From assembly GCF_035594765.1 (NCBI RefSeq), contig NC_085844.1:17685923-17749922 (forward strand): a stretch of DNA of 64,000 nucleotides, read 5' to 3'. This DNA is from Anolis carolinensis (taxonomy: Eukaryota). The notes under the pieces were generated by a model. It was not told where the DNA came from and ran no database searches. It saw only the letters and a list, made by a program, of their open reading frames with translations. Position 1 is the first letter of the stretch, and every line of letters starts with the position of its first letter. Shown here piece by piece: positions 62,776 through 64,000 of this stretch. The position numbers and the translations under genes were made by a program.

Positions 62776-64000
62776 AAGACTCCCCCAGACATTAAACAAC
62801 ACCGAACAGCAAAACAACCAGACATGTTAAAATAAAATCCCCACATATTACACATCATGTAGTTTGCCTCTAAAAAAAATGAGAAATAAGAAAATTAATG
62901 GGTCATATCTTTTCATTAGTGTTGACATACAATACTCTCATAAATTTAAATTCCCTGCTGTGAAGATCAATAGTTGATTTCTGAGTTCTCCTCTTGCTTT
63001 AACACTTGTCTTCTTGAGTCAATATATTAATATTTACTTTAAATATCCCCAAATGCCCACTCATTTCATTGGATTTTTCTTTTGTAAACTTTTCATTTGA
63101 CCTTGCAGATGATTCAGTTTTCGTTTCTCACCTCCAAGTGTTTCCTGTAATTCTCATTTTCAGATTAAATTGCCTATCTGGAACCTTGCTCATTTTGAGT
63201 CTTTTATTAATTTTATTTAGAAAAAGAGTGATATAAATGTTTCTTTCTCTACTGAGAGTGAAGCTTCCTCGGAGAATCTGAAAACAGATATCTTCCTGGA
63301 CATTGTGAGGTTTACTCATATCCTTAGGAGAACAAAACCAAGCTGTAAACTTCATGACTAGTAAACTCCCACCAGGAAGATCTAACCAGAAGGTTTGTTG
63401 TGGCAACCAGTAAATAATAATCAGGCTGTGTGTACACCTTATACATATAAATTAATGTGCTGCTTTGTGGCAAGGTTAAGAACAATAAGTTTCTGTCTGT
63501 GTTTTGTTTTTTAGGAAGCAGCAAATGGCCACTTAAAACCAAGATCGTCTTCAAATAATTTGGACTGATTAGCTTAGCCTTGTAAAGTACTCAAGGAGGA
63601 ACAGTAAAAATAAGAGACAGCACAATATAATGTTACTTTTACAGCAGTTGTAAATGAGCCTAGAGGCCAGATTAGATTTTTCTTAGAACTGGAAAAAACA
63701 GGGTGGTGTTGTATAAAGAAGCTGTGGACAGAAAGAAGATTGAAGGTGGACTGTCTTTCATTAAGGAGTTGCCTATTTAAGAGGGGAAACATTGTATTAT
63801 TCACTTCATATCTGGTGGTGGCATAATACACAATGCTTTTGAGGATTCAAACACTCTAAGACTGGAGTCAGAAACAATGACATTTACCCCACTCTGGAAA
63901 ATCTGGGTTCCTTTACATGTGCCAGCAATCCAAGTTGACTTCAGTGTTGAGTTGGAGGGTGATATTTTGGATGAGTAGGTGCCACAGGTAGATGGATGTC

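Overview
This is vertebrate, not prokaryotic, DNA. The repeat content (Sauria SINEs with (ACCTTT)n tails, BovB/RTE, L2, CR1, R4/Dong, L1, Penelope, many hAT/Tc1/Harbinger MITEs) points to a squamate reptile, most likely Anolis (inference). It looks like an intergenic or large-intron region, and no intact host protein-coding gene can be supported. Almost all long ORFs are retroelement ORF2 remnants or artefacts of a GC-rich palindromic minisatellite. Many insertions resolve exactly by TSD/TIR, and several are nested. Most notable observations: (1) a decayed, intronless ~300-codon ORF of unrecognised origin (25047-27595) that rejoins in frame once a nested MITE/solo-LTR insertion is removed; (2) a solo LTR with a U3 ORF ending in an HMGN-like RRSARL motif; (3) a hAT element carrying an ordered Pol II promoter motif set; (4) a young hAT filled with nested CpG-rich palindromes; (5) Penelope minimal hammerhead ribozymes; (6) candidate minus-strand exons, one with its 5' splice site inside a long CpG-retaining hairpin. 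All family names come from motif recognition by eye; no database searches were run.
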